Assembly: GCF_030684315.1 (NCBI RefSeq)
Contig: NC_081360.1
Coordinates: forward strand, 8,846,599-8,910,598
Length of the DNA stretch: 64,000 bases
Direction of reading: 5' to 3'
DNA from: Stegostoma tigrinum
Lineage: Eukaryota
The notes under the pieces were generated by a model. That model did no database searches. It was given only the letters and a program-made list of their open reading frames with translations, and was not told the origin of the DNA. Within the stretch, counting starts at the first letter, position 1. Each line of letters begins with the position of its first letter. Made by a program: the position numbers and the translations under genes. Positions 52,646 through 64,000 of the stretch are shown here, piece after piece.

Positions 52646-52989
52646 TTAATGCTGAGATTGACACATTTTTAATCAGTGAGGCAATCTACGGTTATGGGGA
52701 AAAGGCAGGAAAATGGAGTTGAAGATTATCAAAACAGCCAAGATCTGATTAAATGGTGTGAAAGACTGATGGACTGCAGTGCATCCAAGAGAGGGTGCTG
52801 CTGAGCAGCAACTGAGGAGGATTCTGGGAGGAGATTGCTCAGTTATCAATGGCTGCCCAGGAGGAAATAGAAGGGAGACAAGTTATAGTGGAGTGGCTGT
52901 TTTGAGAAGATTGCTTTAGGGATAAAGTGCCTTTGGAGGTTTAAGTGTGGGCTTTGGTGAGGGGGTGATCAGCAATGAGGTAAGGATAA

Positions 52990-54880
52990 GAAACAAAAAC
53001 AGAAATTGCTGGAAAAGTTCAGCAGGTTTCACAGCATTGATGGAGAGAAATCAGAGTTAACATTTCAGGTAGAGAGACCCTTCCTCAGAACTGATTGTAG
53101 CTAGGAAAATATGCAGAAGTTAGGGTGGGGGGAGAGAGTAGGGAGTAAACAATAAATGGGGTTAGAGCCCAAAGAGAGAGAAGAATAGTTGGGCAGACAA
53201 AGGAGTAGATAAAAATGTGGCTAGGAGGGTGATAAGCCATTAAAGGAGGCTGTTAGTAGTGAACAATAGGTTGTGTGTAATAGCAGAGTATGTGATACCA
53301 AGGCCTGATGTTTGGGGGTAGGAGTAAGGACATGGGAGAACTTGAGCCCTAAAGTTATCGAACATGATATTGAATCCAGAAAGCTGCAGGTCACCAGGTG
53401 CAAAATGCGGTGCTGTTCTTCCATCTTGCACTGAGTTTCGCTGGAATGCTGCAACAAGCCTGAGACAGAGATGTTGGTCAAGGAACAGGGTGTTAAAGTG
53501 GCAGGGCAATTGGAAACTCTGGGTGTTTTTTTGCGGACAGAACGTAGGTGCTCTGTGAAGCGGTCACCCAGTCTACAGTTCATTTCCCCAATGTAGAGGA
53601 GACCACATTGGGAGCAGTGAATGCAGTTGACTAGATTACATGACGTATTGGTAAAGTGCTGTTTCATCTAGAAGGTATGTTTGGGCCCTGGGATATTTAG
53701 GAGGGTAGAAATAAACTGAAAAGTATTACACCTTCTGTGGCTGCAGGGGAAGGTGCTATGAGGCTCTGTTGTGTGCTGCAAGTGAAGGACAAGTGGACCC
53801 AGTGGGAAATGTCCCTATGAAAGGCAGACAAAGGAGGGGAGGGACGGGGAATATGTTTCTGGTGGTAGCATCTCGCTGGAGGTAGTGGATCTAGCAGCTC
53901 ATCCTGTGGCTCTCGTGCTGGTGGGATGGCAGTTAAGGTCAAGGGGAACCCTATTGCTTTGGTGGGAGGGGAGAGAAGGGGTGAGAGCGGAAGTGTGGGA
54001 AATAGATCGGACCCAGCTGAAGGGCCTGTCAACAACGTTGCTGGGGAATCCTCAGTTGAGGAAGGAGGTGGACATTTTGGAGGCTCCCTTTTGAAGTTGG
54101 AATTATCAGAACAGATGTGATGAATATGGAGGAACTGGAAGATTGGAATAGAGTCTTTACAGGAAGCAGGCTGTAAGAATGTGTAGTTGAAGTGGGAGTC
54201 GGTTAGCTTATAGGGGAAATTGGTGGCCAGCCTATTCCCAGAAATGGAAAGAGAGATGTCATGAAAGGGAAGGGAGGAGACAAGGATGCACCAGATGAAA
54301 GTGAGACCAAAGTGGAAATTAGAAGAAAAATTGATAAACTTTTTAGATTCTGGGCGTGAGAGGGAAGCAGAACCGATGATCTCATCGATATATCGGAGAA
54401 ATTGTTGTGGGTGGGGGCTGGAATAGGAATGGAACAAGGAATGTTCTGTGTGCCCCACGAAGTGACAGGCATATCTGGGTACCCTGTAGGTACTCGTGGC
54501 CACCCCTCTGATCTGAAGAAAATGAAAGGAGTAGCAAGAGAATTTGTTCAGGGTGAGATCAAGCTCGGCCAAACGGAGGAAGCTGGTGGTGGATGCAGAC
54601 GGTTCAGGACGTTCCTGGAAGAAGAGGAGAGCCCTGAGACTATCCTAGTGGGGGCTAGACATGTAAATGAATTGCACGTCCATGGGAAAGAGGGCGTGGC
54701 TGGAGCCTGCAAACTGGAAATTGTGGAACTGGCATAAAGCATCAGAGAAATCGCGGATGTACATGGGCAAGGACTGGACTAGGGGGTAAAGACCGACTCA
54801 AGGTAGGAAGAGATGTGTTCTGTGGGGCAGGAGCAGACAGAAACAATGGACATGCCCGGGCAGTCCTGTTTGTGTATTGG
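52990..54880 (-). mobile_element. Decayed Penelope-like retroelement (RT + GIY-YIG + family B pLTR)
   Basis: FLQIRGVATST..PRYACHFVG, FLRYIDEI (RT); CSQCGLLYIGE..RLGDRFTEHLRSV (GIY-YIG). Confidence 0.92.
53050..53095 (-). ncRNA. Minimal type I hammerhead ribozyme motif (family B)
   Basis: atc-agtt CTGAGGA a gggt-ctctct-acct GAAA tg TT aact-ct-gat: stem I agtt/aact, stem II and core are all present. Confidence 0.7.
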
Positions 54881-54884
54881 GGTT

Positions 54885-57800
54885 GTAAGAGTAAGTTAAG
54901 ATCTGTTCTTTATCTTACAATGAATGGGCAGAGATGGCAGTTAGGGCGCTGGTACGCTCCTCCTGCCAGATGTGGGAGATCAGGGAGCAGTCTATTGTCC
55001 CTGACAACTGCATCTGCAGCAGGTGTGACCAGCTGCAGCTCCACAGGAACTGTATGGTTTGGTTGGCTACATGGAGGAGAAAAGAGAGTGTGGTATTCAC
55101 TCGTTACAGTGAATGTGGTCACACTGTGGGTTCAGTCCGGTAGATGGGTGACCGCCAGGAGAGGTAGGCAGGCAGTCCGGGAGTCTCCGTTTTTGGACAC
55201 TGGGAGGGACAGCCTCTCAGGGGAGTACAACAGCAGCAGCAGCCAGGCCCGTGACACCATAACTGGCTCTGCTGTAGGCCAGGGGTCGGGGCAAAGCCCA
55301 GTCAGGCTGTAGTAGTAGTCAGGGTCACAGGCATTTCTGTGGCTGTATTTGAGACACCAGGATGGTGTGTTGCCTCCCTGGTGCCAGGGTCAAGGACGTC
55401 TCTGATCGGTTACGTGAAATGCTCATGGGGGAGGTTGAGCGGCCAGAGGTTGTGGTACATACTGTTACTGACGACAAAGGTAGGAAGAGGGATGAGGTTC
55501 CTGAAGAGTAATTATAGGGAGTTAGACAGAAGGTTAAAATGCAGGACCTCAGGGGTAGTAATTTCTGGACTACTTCAGGCGCTACAAGTTAGGGAGTGTA
55601 GGAACAGAAAGATCGGGGAAACGAGTGAGTGGCTTGAGAGCTGGTGCAGAAGGCAGGCTTTCAGATTCTTAGATCATTGGGATCTCTTCTGGGGTAGAGG
55701 TGACCTGTTCAGGAGAGACGGGTTGCACCTGAGCTGGAGGGGGACCAATTTCCTAGCGGGGACATTTGCTAGAGCCACTCAGGGGAGTTTTAAACTAGTC
55801 TGGCAGGGTTTTGGGATCCAAAGCAGTAGGGAAGCAAAAGAGAAAGTTCAGGATAGTACAGAGGCTAATGAGAGCAAGTTAAATAGTAAAGGCAGTGTTG
55901 GTAATCCTTGTACTAGTCAGGTCAGGCAAGAGCATGGCAGGAAACAAGGGAAGTCTGGGTTGAGCTGCATTTATTTCAATGCAAGAGGCCTGACAGGTAA
56001 GGTAAATGAATGCGGGGTATGGATGAATACACAGGAGTGGGATATTATAGGTATTACAGAAACATGGCTGAGGGAGAGGCAAGACTGGCAGTTCAGTTGT
56101 TCTAGGGTACAGATGCTTTAGGAATGGTAGAGGGAAGGTGGGGTGGGGGGGTGGGGTGTGGGTGGTAAGGAATCGTGGAGTTGCATTTTAGATTAGAGAG
56201 AACATCATGGCAGCACAGAGAGAAATCATTGTGGAGGGTTCTTTTGCTGAGTCTATATGGATACAACTGAGAAATATAAGGGGGGTGAGATTACTTTGAT
56301 AGCATTGTATTATAGGCCTTCCAGCAGCAAGCGGGTAATTGAAAAGCAAACATGTAAAGAGATTGCCAATAGCTGCAAGAATAATAGGGTTGTAATAATA
56401 GGGGATTTTAATGTTCTTAACATTGACCAGGACTGCCATTGTGTAAAGGGCTTGGATGGAGAGAAATTGGTTGTGTATTCAGGTAGAATTTCTCATGCAG
56501 TATGTAGATGGTGCTACTAGAGAAGGGGTAAAACCTGACCTCTGCTTAGGCAAAAGGCAGGGTAAGTGTTAGCAGGTGAGCACTTTGGGACTGGTGACCA
56601 TAATTCCATTCACTTCAAATTAGCAATGGATAGGTATAGGTCTTGTCTACAAGTTAAAGTTCTAAATTGGAGCAAGGCCGATTTTGATGATCTTAGACAA
56701 GAACTTTCAAAAGTAGATTGGGGAGGCTGCCTGCAGGCAAAGAGACATCTGGTAAGTGGGAGGCTTTTAAACATGAATTATTGAGGGTTCAGGGCCAGTT
56801 TGTTCCTGTTAGAGTGAAGGGGAAGGCTGGCACGAGAAGGGAACGCTGGAGAATTAAAGTTATTGAAGCCCATGGTCTTGGGGGGGGGGGGGGGGGGGGG
56901 GGGGGAAGAGGCATTTGACATGTGTAGGCAGCTGGGATCAAGTGAATTCCTTGAGGAGTATAGGGGCCGGAGTACACTTACTGGATAAATCAGGGACTAA
57001 AAGGGGACACAAGATGGCAATGGCAGACAAGATAAAGGAGAATCCAAAGAGATTCTGTAAGTACATTAAGGGCAAAAGAGTAACTAGGGAGAGAATAGGG
57101 CCTCTTAAAGATCAACAAGGTCATCTATGTGCAGAGCCATGAGATGGGTGAAATCCTAAATGAATATTTTTCATCAGTATTTACCTCGAGAAAGGTATGA
57201 ATGCAACCTGTTGAAGTTGATTCCAGGAGTTTGTGGGAGGGTAGGGAGGAAACCCCCAAGTTGTGCTATTTGTATCATTGACAGCCAAGGGTGAAGTGTC
57301 CGAAGATTGGAGGGTGGCTAATGTTGTGCCATTATTTAAGGAAGGCTGCAGGGAAATGGCTGGAAACTACAGACCAGTAAGCCTAATGTGCGTGGGTTGG
57401 TAAGTTGTTTGAGGAGATTCTGAGACACAGGATTGACAGGCATTTGAAGAAGAAAGGACACATTTGGGAGAGTCAGCATAGCTTTGCGTGTGGGATATTG
57501 TATCTGATAAACTTGATTGAGTTTTTTGAAGGGGTTACCAAGAAAGTAGGTGAGGGCAGTGCACTAGCTGTTGCCTTGTGGATTTTAGCAAGCCCTTGGA
57601 TAAAGTACCACACAGTAGGTAGTTGAACATAGAACATAGAACAATACCGCGCAGAACAGGCCCTTCGGCCCTCGATGTTGCGCCGACCTGTGAACTAATC
57701 TAAGCCCCTCCCTACACTATCCTATCATTATCCATATGCTTATTCAAGGACTGTTTAAATGCCCCTAATGTGGCTGAGTTAACTACATTGGCAGGCAGGG

Positions 57801-59100
57801 TGTTCCACACCCTTACCACTGTGGTTTCAAAATCTTGCCCCTCAAGTTTCCTGTGATCCTGGCCACAGGTCTTAAATTTTTCTTCATTACCGTGCTACTA
57901 TGTTACTATTAAATTTTACTTACACTTTTTCAAATTCCTAGTCTTCAAAAATGATTTCTCCAACCACACAAAGCTTGTGATTGTAAGTAAGGTTAAATCT
58001 CACAGGATCCAGAGAGAGCTAGCTAGTTGGATACAAATTTAGCTTAATGGTGGAAGACAGAGGGTGATGGTAAAGGATTGTTTTTCAGACTGGACCCCTG
58101 TGACCAGCAGTATGCCACAAGGATCAGTGATGGATCCGCTGTTTTTTGTCATTTATATAAATAATTTCGTTGTGCATTTGGGAGGCATGGTTAGTAAGTC
58201 GGCAGATGATTTCAAGGTTGGTGGTACGGTGGAGAACGAAGAAGGTTATGTGGGTGTGATCTTGATCAACTGGACCGATGGGCTGGGGAATGGCAGATGG
58301 AGTTTAATTTAGTTAAATGCAAGGTGTTGCATTTTAGTGAGGCAAGCCAAGCCAGGAATCACACAGTCAATGTTAGGGTCCGGGGGAGTGTTATAGAACA
58401 AAGAGACTTAGAGGTAGAGGTTCATAGCTGCTTGAAAGTGGAGTCACAGGTATCCACTTTGGTGAAGAAAGCTTTGAGCATGGTTGCTTTCATTAGTGAG
58501 AGCATTGTGTATAGTAGAGTATAATAGTTGGGACATCTTGTTGCAGTTGTACAAGACATTGGTGAGGCTGCATTTGGAGTACCTAGTGCAGCTCTCGTCA
58601 CTCAATGAAAGAAAGGATATTATTAAACTAGAAAGAGTGCAGAAATGATTTGCTAGGATGCTACCTGGACTGGAAGATTTGAGCTATAAGGAGAAGTTGG
58701 ATAGACTGCGATATTTTTCCCTGCAGCATAGGAGACTGGTCGGTGACGTTGGAGATCTATGAAATCATGAGAGGCACAGATAGGGGAGATAGCCGACAGC
58801 TTTTCTGAAACTAGGTGGCATAGGTTTAAGGTGAGATGGGAGAGATACAAAAGGATCCAGAGGGGCAACATTTTCATACAGAGGGTGGGGAGTGTCTGAA
58901 ACGAGCTGCTAGAGGTTGGTGTGGAAGCAAGTACAGTTTCGTCATTTAAGAAACATTTAGACAGGTACATGGATTGGATGGATATGGAGGAATATGGATC
59001 AAATACAGCAAATGGGACTAGTTTAAGTTGTAAAAACTGGATGGCATGGGCAAGTTGGGCCAAAGGGCCTGTTTCCATGCCGCACACCTTCATGTCTTTA
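54885..59100 (+). mobile_element. Decayed near-full-length CR1 LINE
   Basis: ORF1 MAVRALVRSSCQMWE..CSRC, RDGLHL; ORF2 CIYFNARGL, GITETWL, YYRP, GDFN, PQGSVMDP, ADDFK; a nested - strand CR1 tail at about 57625-57822. Confidence 0.93.
56880..56905. repeat. Poly-G run (about 26 nt)
   Basis: Read directly from the sequence. Confidence 0.9.
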
Positions 59101-59104
59101 TAAC

Positions 59105-59256
59105 TGTATGTGCAAGTTAGGTGGATTAGCCATGGTAAATATGGGATTATGGGAATAGGGTGAACGGTTGGGTCTGGTTGGGTCAGAGATGCAATTTGAT
59201 GGGTTGACACAAACCTGATGGGCTGAATGGCCTCTTTTCGCACTGTAGGGATTCTT
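59105..59256 (+). mobile_element. HE1-like SINE 3' half
   Basis: atgtgcaagttaggtggattagccatggtaaa ... gggctgaatggcctc..cactgtagggattc. Confidence 0.75.
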
Positions 59257-60879
59257 ACTTCTCTGCTTCATTGGATGCATTTTCTGGTGACTAAGTGCAA
59301 CCAGCCTTTTCTCTCTGTTTTCAGCCCATTCAAAATCTCAACTGTTTCCTTTTTGACAGTTTTCCAGGCTTCACTTTCTGTGGTCACCCTGAATTCTCCA
59401 TGTTAGTAAAACGCTGGCTTAGGACAAACCTGGGTAACTGCATACAGTATTTGATGCTTGCATGATGCCATTCTGAAGCTGGTTGAGTGGGGATTTATCC
59501 CAGCTGATTCTGGAAAATTTTCATATGGACATGCGGGGTGGTTTACTCTGGAACAGAGGAGGCTGAGGGGAGGTGTATAATCTTATGGGAGGCCTAGGTA
59601 CAATGAACAGAAATGACCTACTTTCCCTGTCAGGGAGGGCAGGAAGAATGAATTTCAATTCATTTACTGAAGAATTACAGGGGATTTGAGGAGACATTTT
59701 ATTCATCAAGAAGGTACTGGGGGACTGGAATGCATTGTCTGGAAAGAGCACCATGGTCAAAATAGAAACGTATGAATCCAATTGGAGTGCCATAAACTGA
59801 AGCTAATGAACCAAAAGCTGGATATGGGATGTGGCTGAAGTACTCTTTTTCTTCTGGTCAGCACAGATACAATGGGCCAAATGGACTTATTTAGGCTGTA
59901 ACAGCCCTGTTCCCAAGTCAGGTGCATGTAGGTGGAAGAATTTTCCTTGACGCTTCTCGATGCATTTGACAATTTTACCATTCCAAAGGGTATATGTATC
60001 TTTTTAAGTTCATTATTGTCTACTGTTAAAAATGTCACCCCCCCAAAAAAAACCATGAGCTCTTTGCCCAAGCGTGCTTGACAATCCCAATTGCAACCCC
60101 TCCCCCCACCAACTCCCCAGACTACCTGACCTCCCACCTTCTCAAGGTTAGATTGACCTTCATAAAGGTGTACCAGGGTCATTTTCAACAGAATACCTTG
60201 CCTCTCCACCTGGCTGTCCAAACGAATGTTCAGATTGACTTGCGGCCAGCCTAATTTTTCCTGGGTTGCACAGGACAGAGATGGTAAAATCCCACTTGAG
60301 TGGAGGCAGCTTGTGACTTGCATGGTCATAAAATGATTCTGCTCCCATTCCCCAGGGAAGTGTTGTGCTTGGCAAGGGGCTTGTGATGTTGGGCTATTCC
60401 TGCCATTTCTGCCACAACAGAGATCATCTCCACCGTGAGTTAAGTTTGGATCCCATGCTTCTCTTTACATGAGAGATAGGAGTAGCATGGACAGAGCTTT
60501 TCGGTAGTCAAGTGATGAGGTTGTTGGCCACAAGGGGCAGTGTGTGAGGCTGGTGGCACAGTTTGTGGGACGTGGCACATGAGAAACAAGAACTGACCTT
60601 CACTGTTTGTGTGACATCATTAAACTTTTCAAACACCAGATCCAGGTCCTTAGGTCAACAAACTTTGCAATAAACTCTGCAGTTATCTGGACTCGTTTCC
60701 TTCCAACCACTTGTCTGAAGTGCCTCCTGTGGCCAGAAGAGATCACTCCTCCCTTTCTCTTCCTTTACATCTTCCATGCCAAAGCCTTAGGTGTGGGCAT
60801 GTTGTGCCAATTGATAAGGTATAGGCTGGCTTTAAATAGTGCCAGCATTGAAGGAGCTGACAGTGATAGACTCTTATAT

Positions 60880-61178
60880 CTGCACTGTGGGGATTCTAAG
60901 CCATTCAGTCCATTGAGTCTGCACTGACCCTCCCACCCTGTCCCCATAATGCACATTTACCATGTCTGAGCCACCCACCCTGCACAACTCTGGATTCTAC
61001 TGGGCAATTCAGCATGGCCAAACCACCTAATCTGCACATCTTTTGCCTGTGAGAGGAAATTGGAGTACCCCAGGGAAAATTATGCAGATTCGGGGAGAAC
61101 ATGCAAACTCCACACAGTCGCCAGAAGCTAGAATTGAACCCGGGTTCCTGGTTCACCATTGAGCCACCATGCCGCCCA
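60880..61178 (-). mobile_element. HE1-like SINE
   Basis: ggcaattcagcatggcc..aattgaacccgggt..ttgagccaccatgccgccc. Confidence 0.85.
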
Positions 61179-61543
61179 CAAAGGACAGAATCGAAGATGG
61201 CAAGGTTTGTCTGGGATGTCCTTGATGAATATGTAGCCCATCAAAAGTATATCTCTAGCTGTGCCTTGTAAATTGGAAAACAGCACAACCCAACTCCTTC
61301 TCAAACTTTATCAAATCTTTAGCTCCTGACGCTGCTCAGAGCAGAAGTAGTTTCTAAGTATGTGACTGCAGAAAAGTAGCTCGGGGGTGGGAGTAGGGTT
61401 GGGTTCCAGTTCTCTGAATTTGTGATGATAAAGCACAATTTTGGAATGTTGATCCAAACCCCTTTCCTTCAATAAATATGGTGGGTGCAGAAACAAAAAC
61501 TGAATATGATTAGGCCTGAGTATTGGAAGGAGGCAGGGCAAGT

Positions 61544-61613
61544 TGATAAGGCTGCTAAAATTATGTGCAGAATTCTTGTGATAAGGCTGCTAAAATTATG
61601 TGCAGAATTCTTG
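61544..61613. repeat. Perfect 35-bp tandem duplication
   Basis: tgataaggctgctaaaattatgtgcagaattcttg twice in a row. Confidence 0.95.
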
Positions 61614-62466
61614 GCTTCACAAACTGAGGCGCAGAGAACAGAAGCAAAAGATCTATGTTAAATCTTTATGAAACAATGGTCAGGTATCTGCTGCAGACTT
61701 TTGAGATGAAGCTCTGGGCATCACTTTTATGGGAGGATGCTGAAGGTTATACAAGAGATTAGTTGGAACGCAATATATGTTCAAGAAAATGGAACTAGTG
61801 CAGGTTATAATGTAATTGTTGGCAGGGTTGACTCTAAAGGCTGAAGAGCCTTTTCTGTGCTGTGTGTGGAAACACTGGGGAAATGAATCTTTTGGAGCAG
61901 AGAAGGGTTAAGGTTTAATTGAGATATTTAAAGTTAGGAATGGCTATGGCAGTGGAAACATAGAAGAGTTTAATCCATTGTCAATGGCTGAATAACTCAA
62001 GGAGATGTGAAAACTGTGTTGATCAGTCATGATCTACTTGAGTAACAGAGCAGATTACAGGGGCCGAATGGCTGACTCCTGCTCTCATTTCTTACATTCC
62101 AATGGCACACATTTAAGGTGATTGAGAAAAGAACCAAAGGCAATACAACAGATTCTGTCAGAAGGAGATTCAATAATAGCATTCAAGAAGGTATTGGCAA
62201 GTATTTGGAGTGGAACAACAACAGGACAATGGGGAGAAAACTGGAACTAATTGGGCTGGCATCAATACAATGAAGCAAATAGTCTTCTTCTGTTCTGGAT
62301 GATACATTGATTCTGAGCAGTAGATAATGGAATTGCACATCATGGGGTGGATATCACTGAAACAGCATTCATTCTATATCGTTCATCCAGAAGATATGAC
62401 ACCAGCTTTCTCCTGCTGCTTATGAAAAAGTGCTTCCCAGCGTACTTCCTCTTAAACCGTCTGCAG

Positions 62467-62538
62467 GAGGTTGCGAACATATGAGATCCTGTTGTTACAA
62501 TTGTGTGGCAAGTTATTAAAGGCTGCGAACTGCCATAT
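62467..62538 (+). CDS. Candidate exon D (RLRTYEILLLQLCGKLLKAANCH), 72 nt, phase 2-2
   Basis: Acceptor cttcctcttaaaccgtctgcag; donor AT|GTATGC; alternatively reads through to TGA at 62594-62596. Confidence 0.4.
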
Positions 62539-64000
62539 GTATGCATTCCGTTATTTGCGGTTTTGCAATGAAACATTACTTAAATATGTCTACTGAAAAA
62601 GAGAACAGAGTTGGAAAATGACTGTTCTGTCAACCTTCTGAATGGAAACAGTTATGGATGATGACATTGCTAAGGCTGTCTAAAGTTAACCTCACAAGAC
62701 CAGTACAGTTATACACTGAGTTGCCTGTCTACTGCTTAAGTAATTGTTTTGAAGTGTTATCCAAACATCAGAGTTCATTGTTTGTGTATTGCACTGGTGT
62801 GTCTCTAGTCAATGTTGGTGATAAATAAATAACACCCCTGCCCATCACCACATCTGACAGCTTACAGACACAGTTGAGGATGTAGCATCATTCCATATGC
62901 TTGATAAATCTTGGCTAATAGTTCTTGTCAAAGGTGATCATCTTTGCTGTGACTGAGGCTCCAATAAAAATATATAACTGTTCTTGCTTCAGATCTTATG
63001 AAAGATGAAGTCCATGGATGGAGTGGTCCTTTTCCATACATATTTAAAAGCAGCAGTCCTTTATTTTGACGTTTTTCCCAAACATGATAGAACAATATAG
63101 TTTATGTGTCAGCTGATAGCTAACTATGTCACCACCACAATAATATAAACATTAAATAGCACTTTATTCATAGCCCATCTATTAAGTCTGTGAAAGACAG
63201 TTCTGATGGGCTTTGTTTTGGCTGCAATAGATAAGTTCTAGCAATAAGCTTTCCCTCAGTGAGAACCTTTCTGAGGAATGAGAGACCAGCTTTGAATCAA
63301 CATTCAACTTCCCAGTCTATCCAACTCCCTCTTCTCCCCCCCCCCCCCCCCCACTGCCCAGAGAATTCTGACTACATTCCCAGACCAACCATATGTTAAT
63401 ATGTGCTGTTATGCTTACTCAAGGAAAGTGATCGGGATTGGGAAACATGTGACTCATTATTGTTATAGATTTAGTAACAATTATTGGTGCAATGAAAGAA
63501 AGATTAAGGACAAAGCCCTATCATGGGTAAATTTGGATTTTAATTTACGTCACCTTATTTACAGTTAATGTGAAGGTTAGTACAGAGTTCAAAGAGGTAT
63601 TGTTTATGCAGAATATAACCTTGCTAATAAATTGTTGCTTTTGGATATTTTGCACTTTACAATGATCTCACAAACCACTTCCTCTCTAACATGATCTAGA
63701 TTTGCTGAAGATTTCATGCTGCTCCTCATTGCTGTCAACTCTCCCTTTTAATTCGGGTATTTCTGAATACAATATATGAAACACAACCTTTTGTACAGTC
63801 TGAGAGCTTCTGGTTGGTGAACTGGTTTAAGAAAGTCAACAAGACAGAATGGTTCACAGTTTATTTAACTTTGTTTATATTAAATTAAAAATATATTTTT
63901 GACAGATTCATGTAACAAAAATGAACAGTCTTCCAATTGTACAGCGTAGATGATGCCCAAGCTGTAAGATGCTGCATTTTACTCCTGCTCATTTAACAGT

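Noticed and set aside
1-64000. CRISPR arrays, operons or other prokaryotic systems
   Set aside because: The DNA is eukaryotic and repeat-rich; no regularly spaced repeat-spacer array or intact long gene was seen

Overview
Repeat-dense vertebrate genomic DNA, most likely from a shark, judged from HE1-type tRNA-derived SINEs and their partner CR1/HER1-type LINEs. Most of the window is decayed transposons: many CR1 LINEs (several with an SGNH-esterase ORF1), HE1-like SINEs, a second LINE family, an RTE fragment, a decayed Gypsy LTR element and three Penelope-like elements (RT + GIY-YIG). Nearly all ORFs in the supplied track are transposon debris or noise. Highlights: (1) about a dozen minimal hammerhead-ribozyme motifs in Penelope terminal repeats, several in 130-500 bp solo or fold-back insertions with their own 12-16 bp target-site duplications (TSDs); (2) one fold-back insertion has (TTAGGG)4 at its internal junction; (3) a 362-bp patch built from two apparently exact copies of nearby sequence; (4) a candidate small + strand gene whose exons splice in consistent phase 2 over 40.4-63.0 kb; (5) a possible terminal exon near 0.8-1.1 kb. 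Repeat boundaries were estimated by eye and are approximate. No database search was run.
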